A DNA stretch of 64,000 bases from Escherichia phage EC_OE_11: the sequence record OQ108497.1, one strand, 5' to 3'. Shown here one piece after another: positions 9,543 through 18,738 of the stretch (positions are counted from its first letter, which is position 1; every line of letters begins with the position of its first letter). The notes beneath the pieces are model-generated. The model did not search any database and had not been told where the DNA came from. It saw only the letters and a list, made by a program, of their open reading frames with translations. A program made the position numbers and the translations under genes.

Positions 9543-10098
9543 TGTCTTCTCCTTTACCTGCTCTCAAGCCTAAATAGAAAGCCTCTCTGGTGATCTTTTG
9601 CAACTCGTTTAAAGAGATAGTTACAACTAAATCATCTTCAATTTCTAGCCTTGAGTCTTCTTCTGTCTCAATGCAAGTATTATGCACTTTGTGGTAAGGA
9701 TTGTCAACACGTTTAAATTTATTATTTTCAGTGCTGAAGAAGCAATCTGGATCTTCTTCTCCATCACCCCAGCCCTGGTTAGGGTCTTCTTCAGATCTTT
9801 CTGTTGGGATCTCACCTGTAAAGTGCTCTTCTAATACCAGAGCAATACCATCCCCAAGATCGGAAGAGAACATCAAATTACAAACTTCTTCCCAAGGCAT
9901 AGACCACTTGAATCTTTTACGATTGCCATGTTTATCTTCTTCGTTAGAGAAAACACCACCATAGCTATCATAATTGCCATACATCTCTTCAACAACTTTA
10001 CCACCTTTCAAAAGAAATAGGTAGCAAGGAGAGCCATCGAAAGAGGTAGAAAGAGCAGCATTACCAGACTCTTTGCACAAGAAACTAAAGCACCCCAT
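9535..10098 (-). CDS. hypothetical protein
   Basis: 187-aa ORF. Confidence 0.5.
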   Translation of the reverse strand: MGCFSFLCKESGNAALSTSFDGSPCYLFLLKGGKVVEEMYGNYDSYGGVFSNEEDKHGNRKRFKWSMPWEEVCNLMFSSDLGDGIALVLEEHFTGEIPTERSEEDPNQGWGDGEEDPDCFFSTENNKFKRVDNPYHKVHNTCIETEEDSRLEIEDDLVVTISLNELQKITREAFYLGLRAGKGEDSA

Positions 10099-10298
10099 TA
10101 TACACCAGCCTTAAGATCAATTAAAGCCAAAGTTGTTTCAGAATGTGTTTGCTCGTCTACAGGTGCAGTCATATGATAATACAAAAAGTCTTCGGCATCA
10201 TACCAATCTGACTCTTGACCTTGTTTCCAACCATCAATGAAAGCATCTTCCATGATGGTTTGTAACTCTTCACGAGTTAAGTGAATATCTTTACTCAT
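10098..10298 (-). CDS. hypothetical protein
   Basis: 66-aa ORF, coupled. Confidence 0.45.
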   Translation of the reverse strand: MSKDIHLTREELQTIMEDAFIDGWKQGQESDWYDAEDFLYYHMTAPVDEQTHSETTLALIDLKAGV

Positions 10299-10531
10299 TA
10301 CACATTCTCCTCTTTTACCAATTCCATCGTTGAACTATCAAAACCATCTTTAGAAGAATAGGTATAGACAGGACGTAGTTCTCGCAGGACAGTGAATACA
10401 TTAGGATCATCTAACCAAGCATCCTGGAGGAGAACATAACGATCTTCATTGTCGTACTGGACAGCAATCATAGAACCAGACAGTTTGTAAATTTTAATAT
10501 TCATAATATATTTCTCCTTAAAGTAGACCAC
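10298..10531 (-). CDS. hypothetical protein
   Basis: 77-aa ORF, coupled. Confidence 0.45.
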   Translation of the reverse strand: MVYFKEKYIMNIKIYKLSGSMIAVQYDNEDRYVLLQDAWLDDPNVFTVLRELRPVYTYSSKDGFDSSTMELVKEENV

Positions 10532-11621
10532 GTTTAACAGTTTGAATCATACCATCTTCAAGAGATTGTACTTCTTGGATGTAATCAATACGAGCAGCAC
10601 GGGCTTCAGTGTTGATTCGGTTAGTTTCTTCCAACATTTTAACTAAGTTTTCTTGATCGCGACGTAGTGTTTCAATATCCAATACTTGACGATTAGCAAG
10701 TTGTGTAGCTTCAATTTGGTTTTGTGCAGCCAGATCACTACCCATTGCAATAGCAGCATTAAATTCATTCAGTACATTGTTCTGTGTATCGGCTGCTTTC
10801 TTCTGGCGTAGACTTTCAATATACATAGAAAAGTTTGCAGAGTAAGCAGGGATAACATTATTCACAATGTTACGTGCTGATCGCATCAAACTTGCAGATA
10901 CTTTCTGCATACTTTGTACACGTGGCCCCATCTGAACACACAGTAAACGCAAGGCTTTCAGGTCTGCAATACGAATTTCAAGCAGATCCATAGTATCACG
11001 AGTACGTTGACGCTCTTCTACTTCATTTTCAGGTAGAGTATTAAGGCGAACTTCTTCTTTTTCATAAGTAGCTGTTAGAAGCTCTATATCCCTGTTTAAG
11101 CTAAGAGCATATTTTGCAATAGCCTCTTCTAAACGTTGCAGATATCGTAAAGAATCTTCTTCTTTTTTCAAGTCTGTTTGGAGTGTCTTTACCAAACCTT
11201 CAATACGATTATTGATGGTGTCAAACTCTCCAAACAAATCTTCTTTCATACCTAACACTTTCTTAACTAGCTTACCTAAACCTTTAGATTGTTTAATAGA
11301 ATTAGGATCAAGTTGCTTTGCTTGCTTAATAAGTGCAGTTAAACGTTCACTCATTTCATCTCCCTGGGATGAACGCTGGTGTTTAAGCACTTCAGCATTA
11401 AGGTTACGAAGAGTAAGTCCTGCATCAGCACCAACTTGTTCAATCTCTTCACGAGACATTGGAGGCAGCATTTGTACAGGTCGTGCAACAGCAGGTGCAT
11501 ATACAGGGCTTGCATCCATAGCACTTGGAGCAAACAAAGACTTACTCTTTTCTGTTGTTGCCGTGAATACACTCATTTCAGACGGTTTGCTTTTTACGGC
11601 ACTGATAAAAGGACTGGACAT
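10518..11621 (-). CDS. TelA-like toxic-anion-resistance family protein (tentative)
   Basis: 367 aa, disordered N-terminus then long coiled-coil; size, architecture and Ter context match TelA/KlaB; not motif-proven. Confidence 0.45.
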   Translation of the reverse strand: MSSPFISAVKSKPSEMSVFTATTEKSKSLFAPSAMDASPVYAPAVARPVQMLPPMSREEIEQVGADAGLTLRNLNAEVLKHQRSSQGDEMSERLTALIKQAKQLDPNSIKQSKGLGKLVKKVLGMKEDLFGEFDTINNRIEGLVKTLQTDLKKEEDSLRYLQRLEEAIAKYALSLNRDIELLTATYEKEEVRLNTLPENEVEERQRTRDTMDLLEIRIADLKALRLLCVQMGPRVQSMQKVSASLMRSARNIVNNVIPAYSANFSMYIESLRQKKAADTQNNVLNEFNAAIAMGSDLAAQNQIEATQLANRQVLDIETLRRDQENLVKMLEETNRINTEARAARIDYIQEVQSLEDGMIQTVKRGLL

Positions 11622-11689
11622 TCAATTTCCTCCATATTCTTTAGTAGATGGTGATACCTCTGTACCACCATCATAACACAAATTAAGTA

Positions 11690-12541
11690 TTAAACAAACA
11701 TATCTAAATAATTTGTAGTAATAAATGCTCCATCTGCTTCCAGATTAACATAACCAGTAGCATTAGTGGTTAAGAAATCCAGATCGAAGGACTCTTTAAC
11801 ACCCCGTACCTCAACACGAGAGATATCGAATACAGGTAGTGTAACAGCCTCTTCGTGCAATACCGTACCTTTGTAGGTTGCCTTAATGATAAACTTGATA
11901 TTACCCGTTCCAGCATCATACAAAACACTTTCAAACCCTTTGAGAGTATATTTATCACCAGAAGTGAAGTGCAAAGTTGCTTTGTTTACAGTACGTTTTT
12001 TACGAGGAGTTCCTTTCACACGTTTATGATCACTACGTTTTTTGTATTTAGGAATGAATACAAACGATACACTCTCAAGAAAGGTATCAACATCAAGGAT
12101 TTTAATATCCTCTGTTGCAGCAAATTTTGAAGTCGTTGCATCAAAATGCTTTCCCCTGCGATCATACATAAAGATATCAAACCGATCTTCTAAATCAAAC
12201 AAATTATGTATCTTAATTTCAGAATGCTTGCACATTGCAGCAACCTTAAACTCTTCAAAACGTGGGTGTTCTACCAGTTCTTCAAGTTTTACACCAAAGA
12301 CAGTATATGGTTTCGAAGTTTTTTCTGGTGTTGGCATTACAGAAGCATAATCACCGATTGCGCTCTTAAAGCAAAATTGTTCTTGACCTGTATTTTTACC
12401 AACGAATTTACAGTATTCGTCATCGTGCATGCTTTCCTTGGTAGTACCAACAAACTCAAAACCATCTTTATTCTTCTCAAGAATTTCTTGATTAAAGATC
12501 CAACCTTCCAGGCGATACACTTTACCAACTTCTAGTTTCAT
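11690..12541 (-). CDS. hypothetical protein
   Basis: 283-aa ORF. Confidence 0.55.
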   Translation of the reverse strand: MKLEVGKVYRLEGWIFNQEILEKNKDGFEFVGTTKESMHDDEYCKFVGKNTGQEQFCFKSAIGDYASVMPTPEKTSKPYTVFGVKLEELVEHPRFEEFKVAAMCKHSEIKIHNLFDLEDRFDIFMYDRRGKHFDATTSKFAATEDIKILDVDTFLESVSFVFIPKYKKRSDHKRVKGTPRKKRTVNKATLHFTSGDKYTLKGFESVLYDAGTGNIKFIIKATYKGTVLHEEAVTLPVFDISRVEVRGVKESFDLDFLTTNATGYVNLEADGAFITTNYLDMFV

Positions 12542-12576
12542 CTGTTTCTCCTTCTTGTTTAATCTGTATTAAATTA

Positions 12577-13182
12577 TTAACGACGACGTGAGCTACTAAA
12601 ACTACGTTTCGACGAAGAATAACTTTTCGAAGACTTACTATAAGAGCTAATAGGACTTGAGTAAGACTTACGAGCAGAGTAATCACTATTCACTTTTGTT
12701 GTTGATGGGCGTGAATACGTTTGTACACTTTGCTGCTTAATTGTGTTTTGTTTAGTGGTTGTATATGTATTTACAGGTTTATCATAAAAACTACGCTTTT
12801 GTGTTGTATATGATTTACTGTTAGTTGTAGGAGCAGCATTGTTATTAATAATGGTTGTATTGCTACCACCATCTCTATAACCACCACCGCCACTATTACC
12901 ACTCAACATATGACCAAGAAGCATACCTGTAGCAAATTCACCTACACCAGAAGAACTACTACCGCCTCCTTGCACAACAACTGTTGAAGGTTGTGCAGGT
13001 GCTGCTTGAACAACTTGAGGTGCAGGTTGATTTACATATTGTTCATCTACCATCTGATTTGGTGTTTGTTGGTAACGTTGATTTTGTACATTTTCAGAAT
13101 CATCACAACCTACCAGCAATACACTACCTAATACAACTGCAACAATAAAAGATTTAATGTTTTTCATTTGTAACCCTCTCAT
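12577..13182 (-). CDS. lipoprotein, low-complexity S/T/Y/K-rich
   Basis: Signal peptide with LLVGC lipobox; C-terminal repetitive S/Y/K region. Confidence 0.55.
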   Translation of the reverse strand: MRGLQMKNIKSFIVAVVLGSVLLVGCDDSENVQNQRYQQTPNQMVDEQYVNQPAPQVVQAAPAQPSTVVVQGGGSSSSGVGEFATGMLLGHMLSGNSGGGGYRDGGSNTTIINNNAAPTTNSKSYTTQKRSFYDKPVNTYTTTKQNTIKQQSVQTYSRPSTTKVNSDYSARKSYSSPISSYSKSSKSYSSSKRSFSSSRRR

Positions 13183-13360
13183 TTAAAGTCTCAACACAAT
13201 TTTTAAAATCCCTAGAGAAACAATACATCTGTTCTCCGTTCCTGTTGATAGTAATTGTATGATTATCAATGTATGTTGTCAAGATAAAAATCAAACAAAA
13301 TAACCCTAAAGCAAAACAAATATTTTCAAACAGAATCCAAAGAACACGTAAAACCACCAT
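13154..13360 (-). CDS. small membrane protein (hypothetical)
   Basis: 68-aa hydrophobic ORF. Confidence 0.35.
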   Translation of the reverse strand: MVVLRVLWILFENICFALGLFCLIFILTTYIDNHTITINRNGEQMYCFSRDFKNCVETLNERVTNEKH

Positions 13361-13375
13361 CAGATCACCTCAACA

Positions 13376-13393
13376 AAGCCCCCGAAGGGGCTT
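13376..13393 (-). terminator. intrinsic terminator-like hairpin downstream of terC
   Basis: aaGCCCC-cgaa-GGGGCtt followed on minus strand by TTTGTT. Confidence 0.5.
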
Positions 13394-13399
13394 AATGAA

Positions 13400-14377
13400 T
13401 TAAGCAACAGCCTGGTCTTCTTTTTCAGGGAAGATTAAACTTGCAATGACACCCAGCCCCAGAGTACCTAACACAATATACATACTGATCGTCGGATCAA
13501 TGTGTGCTGGCAGGAAACTCACTTTTGCGTGCAGAGTTTCTGCAAACGGGTGATACATCAGTTTTACACCCACAAATACCAGGACTACGATAACTGCTTT
13601 CTCCAGATGAACCAAATATTTCAGTGCAACACTAAGGACAAAGAACAGAGCACGTAGACCTAAAATTGCACACAGCATTGAAGAAAATACAAGCAGAGGT
13701 TCTTGTGTCACTGCAATTACTGCTGGAACAGAGTCTACTGCAAAGATTACGTCAACCATTTCCATTACAAACACACAAACCAGAGCCGGAGTTGCTACAC
13801 GAACACCATTTTTGATTGTGAAGAACTTCTCACCATCCATCTGATCAGATACAGGGAACAGCTTACGAACAATGCGAGTAGCCCAGTGTTTAGAGTAATC
13901 AACTTCTGCGTCATTATCTCCAGCGAATACCATTTTAGCTGCACAGAAAAGGATGACCGCACCGAAGAAGATATTAACATACCAGCCCAAACTCAACAAA
14001 TAAGTGCCTACTGCTACAAACACACCTCGGAAGACAATCGCACCTGCAATACCCCAAAGTAGAATCTTGTGTTGCAAGTGTGTGCTTTTAATACCAAAAC
14101 TTGCGAATACTGCCACAAATACTACTAAGTTATCTACAGAAAGAGATTTCTCCAACACATATCCACTCAAGAACAAGCTCGCAAAATCAGCACCGTGCTG
14201 GAAGTATACAAAACCATAGTAGGCTAATGATACCCCAATCCAGAAAATTGACCAACCAATTGCAGATTTAAATGAAATTTCTTTGTTTTCTCTGTGTCCA
14301 AAGAAATCAATACAAATCGACAACACTAAAATACCCACTAAAACAACCACATCAATAATTGGGAAACCCAGTTGCAT
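13400..14377 (-). CDS. terC: TerC-family integral membrane protein
   Basis: Multi-TM protein with duplicated TerC signature (LEKSLSVDNLVVF...LWGIAGAIVFRG and AVDSVPAVIAV...ILGLRALFF). Confidence 0.8.
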   Translation of the reverse strand: MQLGFPIIDVVVLVGILVLSICIDFFGHRENKEISFKSAIGWSIFWIGVSLAYYGFVYFQHGADFASLFLSGYVLEKSLSVDNLVVFVAVFASFGIKSTHLQHKILLWGIAGAIVFRGVFVAVGTYLLSLGWYVNIFFGAVILFCAAKMVFAGDNDAEVDYSKHWATRIVRKLFPVSDQMDGEKFFTIKNGVRVATPALVCVFVMEMVDVIFAVDSVPAVIAVTQEPLLVFSSMLCAILGLRALFFVLSVALKYLVHLEKAVIVVLVFVGVKLMYHPFAETLHAKVSFLPAHIDPTISMYIVLGTLGLGVIASLIFPEKEDQAVA

Positions 14378-14395
14378 TCTTATCTCCTCTTTAAT

Positions 14396-14414
14396 GCGGA
14401 GGACAATCCTCCGC
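14396..14414 (-). terminator. GC stem-loop just upstream of terC SD (terminator/attenuator)
   Basis: GCGGAGG-acaat-CCTCCGC hairpin between 14455..14703 and terC. Confidence 0.4.
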
Positions 14415-14454
14415 TCTATGTCTTATACTATAAACTGTTTTTAAAGAAAGTCAA

Positions 14455-14703
14455 CTAGTTCAGTTCTGTAATTTTAAGTTTATCTTCTTTGTTAATGATA
14501 GGGAAAGCTACAGCATCACCTACGTCATCAATAAAGCAAATAGCAAGACCACCTTCCACTTTACTAATCTGACCCTTAAAGGCGCGATACGGGGCAGGAA
14601 CTTTATCTCCATCTTCAAGGATAATAGCCTCGTAAACCTTGCCGATAGTACAATCACGAGTGTTTCTAAATTTTTCAAGCACTTCAACATTTACTTTACG
14701 CAT
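14455..14703 (-). CDS. hypothetical protein
   Basis: 82-aa ORF. Confidence 0.5.
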   Translation of the reverse strand: MRKVNVEVLEKFRNTRDCTIGKVYEAIILEDGDKVPAPYRAFKGQISKVEGGLAICFIDDVGDAVAFPIINKEDKLKITELN

Positions 14704-14718
14704 ATAAAAAATCCTCTC

Positions 14719-14925
14719 TTATTTGTTAGATTGAAAGATACCACGAAGTACCGCAAGAATGAACGTCACACAGACTACACTCCAAAACGTTACAGGAACA
14801 TGATGCCAGTCTAAACCGATAATGTCAATCATATAGTTGTATGCTAAAAGCAGCAGCCAACTAGGGATTAACACAATCAAAAACACAACAATAAAACAAC
14901 CTAATACTGCTAAAACACCTGCCAT
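14719..14925 (-). CDS. small membrane protein
   Basis: 68 aa, two predicted TM helices. Confidence 0.5.
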   Translation of the reverse strand: MAGVLAVLGCFIVVFLIVLIPSWLLLLAYNYMIDIIGLDWHHVPVTFWSVVCVTFILAVLRGIFQSNK

Positions 14926-14934
14926 ACTTTCTCC

Positions 14935-15651
14935 TTATTTCAGTTTGTAAACAATTACATTTAAACCTTTGTTTACTAGAGTTTCTTCGATCATAAGTTT
15001 TACAATATTCCAAGAACCTCCAGCCAAACCACAACCAAGCATTGGTAAACCTACAATTTTACCGCCTGAAGATACAACATCGTCTCCCATACTATCTAGC
15101 GCATTGTAGATAGCTTCATAATTCAGATCACGCTTACCTTCCTCACGACTACTATAACCATATTGTCCATATAAATTATAAATTGTCAAATTGTTTTCTG
15201 TATATTTGGTAAACGTACCTAATTTTTTATAATCACCACGTTTAGTGGCACAATCTGCTTTAAACGCACCAGGCCACTTGCTTTTAATTTTTGGTGCAAT
15301 ACCACTACCCATAGTGCAAAAACAGTTACAGCAGTGTGCTATAGCGTCTATATCGCCTCTCTCGGCTGCTGCTAAAAGATCACCGTATACCTCAACGATA
15401 CCTGCTGGATAACTTGTTACAATTTCATCTTCCCAGTACATTTTCTCTACACCACCGATCAGTGCAAAGTTTTGTGTAATGCGATCATCAATATAGTTAA
15501 GACCTGAAACATACACAGCGTATTCATCCTGTGCTGTAATACCTTGCACACGAATTCTTAAGACACCATCTTTATCTGTTGCTACACGCCCAAAATCTTT
15601 TTCTGTAATATTGGTGATAGGATCTCCGAAAGTCATTACTTTATTAGACAT
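14935..15651 (-). CDS. macro-domain-like protein (putative ADP-ribose binding/processing), tentative
   Basis: DAIAHCCNCFCTMGSGIA resembles macro DAIVNAAN..LGGGGV motif, later LPMLGCGLAGG; start moved to ATG at 15651 (SD AAAGGGGA) to clear PRTase overlap. Confidence 0.4.
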   Translation of the reverse strand: MSNKVMTFGDPITNITEKDFGRVATDKDGVLRIRVQGITAQDEYAVYVSGLNYIDDRITQNFALIGGVEKMYWEDEIVTSYPAGIVEVYGDLLAAAERGDIDAIAHCCNCFCTMGSGIAPKIKSKWPGAFKADCATKRGDYKKLGTFTKYTENNLTIYNLYGQYGYSSREEGKRDLNYEAIYNALDSMGDDVVSSGGKIVGLPMLGCGLAGGSWNIVKLMIEETLVNKGLNVIVYKLK

Positions 15652-16501
15652 AATAATCCCCTTTAACATTAGATTTGTTGATAATGTTGCTTTCAAAAAA
15701 TTGACGTAGGAAATCAAAGTTCTCTTTGTATTTTTCAATGTTATTGTAGCCTTCTGCAAGGCAACCAAAGAACAGTTGTTCTACATAATACAAAGGAAGC
15801 TGTGAAAGTGCAATTTTAAAATCAACTTCGCTTTGACTCATTAGATACTTAATAGGACGAACCAAACATTTAGCATCAGTTTCTTGCTTAATCATTTTAA
15901 TAAAAGCTGCCAGGTTATTGATATAGTTGAAGTTAAGTGCAGCTTCGGTGTTGGCTTCTGTACCTTCATACTTTGCAAAGTACAGGAAAAACGTATCGTT
16001 TTCAACACCTTCTTTGTCTAAAATTTCAATAAGTTTTTCTTCGTGTGTTCCTGTAATATTAACATCATCAATGAAAATCAGAGTTTTATTACCCCAGAAA
16101 TCACGATTGATAGAGAAAGTGTCACCATCGATCAAAGCCTTACGATCTTCTTTGCTAAGAAATCCATAATCATTGATATAGCTCACTTTACGATGAACGA
16201 TATCCCACTCCACTGGTTTACCACCTTTGATAGAGATTAGGTAGTTGAGGTGATCTACAAAATGTTCAGATAACACTGTAGCTGCATTTTTCACATAGTT
16301 ATATGGAGATGGAATAACAACAAAACTTTCATTTACCAGTCGTTCTTCATACTTAGAAAAGAAACTTTCAGCCAGAATGCGCCCCATTCTTTTTGCTGCC
16401 TGGTTACTACCAAACTTTAGTTTGGAATAATCTGCAATGTTAAATTTTGCTTCCTTCAGGTTAGTAAAAGTATTAGCAAAATGTTGAATTTGATTACGCA
16501 T
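15644..16501 (-). CDS. phosphoribosyltransferase-like protein (Ter-associated PRTase type)
   Basis: PRPP-binding-like motif LIFIDDVNITGTHE; AGAGGA SD. Confidence 0.6.
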   Translation of the reverse strand: MRNQIQHFANTFTNLKEAKFNIADYSKLKFGSNQAAKRMGRILAESFFSKYEERLVNESFVVIPSPYNYVKNAATVLSEHFVDHLNYLISIKGGKPVEWDIVHRKVSYINDYGFLSKEDRKALIDGDTFSINRDFWGNKTLIFIDDVNITGTHEEKLIEILDKEGVENDTFFLYFAKYEGTEANTEAALNFNYINNLAAFIKMIKQETDAKCLVRPIKYLMSQSEVDFKIALSQLPLYYVEQLFFGCLAEGYNNIEKYKENFDFLRQFFESNIINKSNVKGDYYV

Positions 16502-17150
16502 TAATAAGTTCCTCTTTTTTAAGTTTAGCCAACAAGTTTTCTGGATTAATAATATGACAGAACTTCATCCCTATGTCAACAGCTTTTCCATCATAGATCA
16601 AACTATCTCCAACGTGTAAGATCTCCTCTGGTGCGAGATCAAACGTTACCATTTCATCAAAAGAGAGTTTAAAAAACCTAGGATCTGGTTTACACAAGCA
16701 AAACTCATCAGAAAAATGCATAAAGTCGAATGGTAATTTTGTCAAGCCAGAATATACAGCTAAGAAACTACCAGGTACAAAATTGGTATTGCTCTTAATA
16801 CTCAAAGAATAGGTTGAACTTAGCTCTTCCAACTTCTTGCAAAGTTCAGGGTTTAATGTTGGAGGATGTTTTATAAACATTGCTAAACAGTCTCTTTTTA
16901 ACCCATCCACCTTATCAAGATCAATGTTCAAATGAGCAGAAAGTGTTTCCCAAGCATTTCTAGATGTTCCACAAATGCCTTTTTCTGCTTTTAAATCCAA
17001 GAGAGTTTTTACCTCTTTATATACGGTAGCTGCTTCTACCTCAGAACAAGAGGCATACTCGGCAATAACCTTGTTGCGTTCTTCTGCATACAAAGGATTA
17101 GCAGTAATAAGAGTATTCCATACATCAAAAGAAATATGCTTAACAGTCAT
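16494..17150 (-). CDS. HAD-superfamily hydrolase (phosphatase)
   Basis: Motif I ISFDVWNTL and C-terminal HVGDSLIYDG; start set to ATG at 17150 with GGAGG SD. Confidence 0.6.
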   Translation of the reverse strand: MTVKHISFDVWNTLITANPLYAEERNKVIAEYASCSEVEAATVYKEVKTLLDLKAEKGICGTSRNAWETLSAHLNIDLDKVDGLKRDCLAMFIKHPPTLNPELCKKLEELSSTYSLSIKSNTNFVPGSFLAVYSGLTKLPFDFMHFSDEFCLCKPDPRFFKLSFDEMVTFDLAPEEILHVGDSLIYDGKAVDIGMKFCHIINPENLLAKLKKEELINA

Positions 17151-17319
17151 TTTTAATCCTCCGTCCAAAAGAATATCATCTGCTTAATTTTATTGATCTC
17201 TTGATGTAGTAACTTTCCAGCATGTAATTGATCTTTAATATTGACAGCAAGAATTTCAAGCTCCGTCAGTTTTTCTTGGATAGCTTTATATTCATCATCT
17301 GTAAGCATTTTCTTCCCCT

Positions 17320-17523
17320 TTAGAATGGTAATCTTTGTATGTCACTTGTCCCCACACCAAGAAGTCTAGCAATATCCTTATCTAAAAGCAACTCTTTTTG
17401 TTCTAAAATGTTAATCAGATCTCCTAATACTTCTTTAATGTCACGATCATTTTTAGCAACGTGACCACCTGCGGTATCAACTTTATCTTTAAAAATAAAA
17501 TAATGATCCATAATACCCTCCAT
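17320..17523 (-). CDS. hypothetical protein
   Basis: 67-aa ORF. Confidence 0.45.
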   Translation of the reverse strand: MEGIMDHYFIFKDKVDTAGGHVAKNDRDIKEVLGDLINILEQKELLLDKDIARLLGVGTSDIQRLPF

Positions 17524-17530
17524 ATAAATA

Positions 17531-17550
17531 AAGGAGGCTTTCGCCTCCTT
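17531..17550 (-). terminator. intrinsic terminator (bidirectional-looking)
   Basis: aAGGAGGC-tttc-GCCTCCTt with T-rich flanks on both strands, downstream of AAA+ ATPase gene. Confidence 0.55.
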
Positions 17551-17557
17551 TTATCAC

Positions 17558-18718
17558 TTAGTAAGAACGACCACCAAACACATACTCTGTGTAGTTTTTA
17601 CGTTCTTTGTTTTTAATAACAACTTCAATGTTGTTACCTTTATCATCGGTGAACATAAAGTGATAACCGTCACCACCCATTGTACGGATGTGTTTTTCAT
17701 CATACGTTAGCAAGATACGGTCTACACCCCAGTAGTAGTCACCTTCTTCATCTTTATCTTCTACGGTAACGATCCCTTCCATTTCAGGAAGATGCTCTTC
17801 ACCTAGTTTATGGTCTACAGCTACAACATAACGATTACCACTAAACAAACCTTGTGCTGTCATACCGTCAATATCGGTATCTGCCGAAACATCTCCTGTA
17901 CGATCTACACCGTTAACTTTCAGAAGTTTAACCTCTTTTGCAGCATAGCGGTGTTCAGTAATACTGATACCCATTAGTGCAAGTGCATCAGAGAATTTGT
18001 CATTAGGGTAACGGTTAAGTTCTTCTACTAATGACTGAACAATATCAAAGTTCAAATCCACGGAGAGATTATAAAGCGTTTCAAAGTCTGGTAAGAAGGC
18101 TTTGTTCTCCAGATTTTTAGCCAGATAATCATCCATAGTAGCTTTAGGTAGTTTCTTATAGCTAAAACTGTAGAAAATACGGCTAGGACGATTACGCAAA
18201 AATTCTGATACATAACCATCATTTTTAGTCAATACAAACAGTTTGTCGTAGCCACCAACACCATCCAGCAGGGTAAGCAAACCATCTTGTGCATCTTTTT
18301 CAGCATACAGTTTATCAAATTCATCGATCATAATCATTACAGGTTGTGTGATTTTAGACATAAAATTGATAAAGCCTTCACCATTAAAAGCACTGCCGAT
18401 AGAAATAGTAGGAATACCCATTTCACGAAGAGCAGAAGACAGCATTTTAGCTTGCAAAGTTTTACCGCTACCTTTCGTACCTTCAAGGAGAACACCTGTG
18501 TTTTTACCTTTGCGGCTAAGGAACGTTTTGATAATACGTTCTGATTTATCATCAGTATCACCGTATGTTACTGAAGGGACTTCCATATCGTTTTTAGGAT
18601 ACAGGAAGAACTCACCACTTTGAGTAACACCTACACCAAAAGTTCCTGCTGGAATTTCTTCAATATCTGTACCAGATTTCTGACGCAGGAAGATTTGATT
18701 GCCGAATACTGTAAACAT
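17558..18718 (-). CDS. AAA+ ATPase (paralog 1)
   Basis: Walker A GTKGSGKT, Walker B MIMIDEFDK, sensor-1 FVLTKN; paralog of 32445..33572. Confidence 0.7.
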   Translation of the reverse strand: MFTVFGNQIFLRQKSGTDIEEIPAGTFGVGVTQSGEFFLYPKNDMEVPSVTYGDTDDKSERIIKTFLSRKGKNTGVLLEGTKGSGKTLQAKMLSSALREMGIPTISIGSAFNGEGFINFMSKITQPVMIMIDEFDKLYAEKDAQDGLLTLLDGVGGYDKLFVLTKNDGYVSEFLRNRPSRIFYSFSYKKLPKATMDDYLAKNLENKAFLPDFETLYNLSVDLNFDIVQSLVEELNRYPNDKFSDALALMGISITEHRYAAKEVKLLKVNGVDRTGDVSADTDIDGMTAQGLFSGNRYVVAVDHKLGEEHLPEMEGIVTVEDKDEEGDYYWGVDRILLTYDEKHIRTMGGDGYHFMFTDDKGNNIEVVIKNKERKNYTEYVFGGRSY

Positions 18719-18738
18719 AGTTTTCTCCTCTATTTAAT

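Noticed and set aside
11212-11676. 154-aa plus-strand ORF inside the TelA-like gene
   Set aside because: Antisense shadow ORF; no SD and no motifs.
13703-14062. 119-aa plus-strand ORF inside terC
   Set aside because: Antisense to a well-supported membrane-protein gene.
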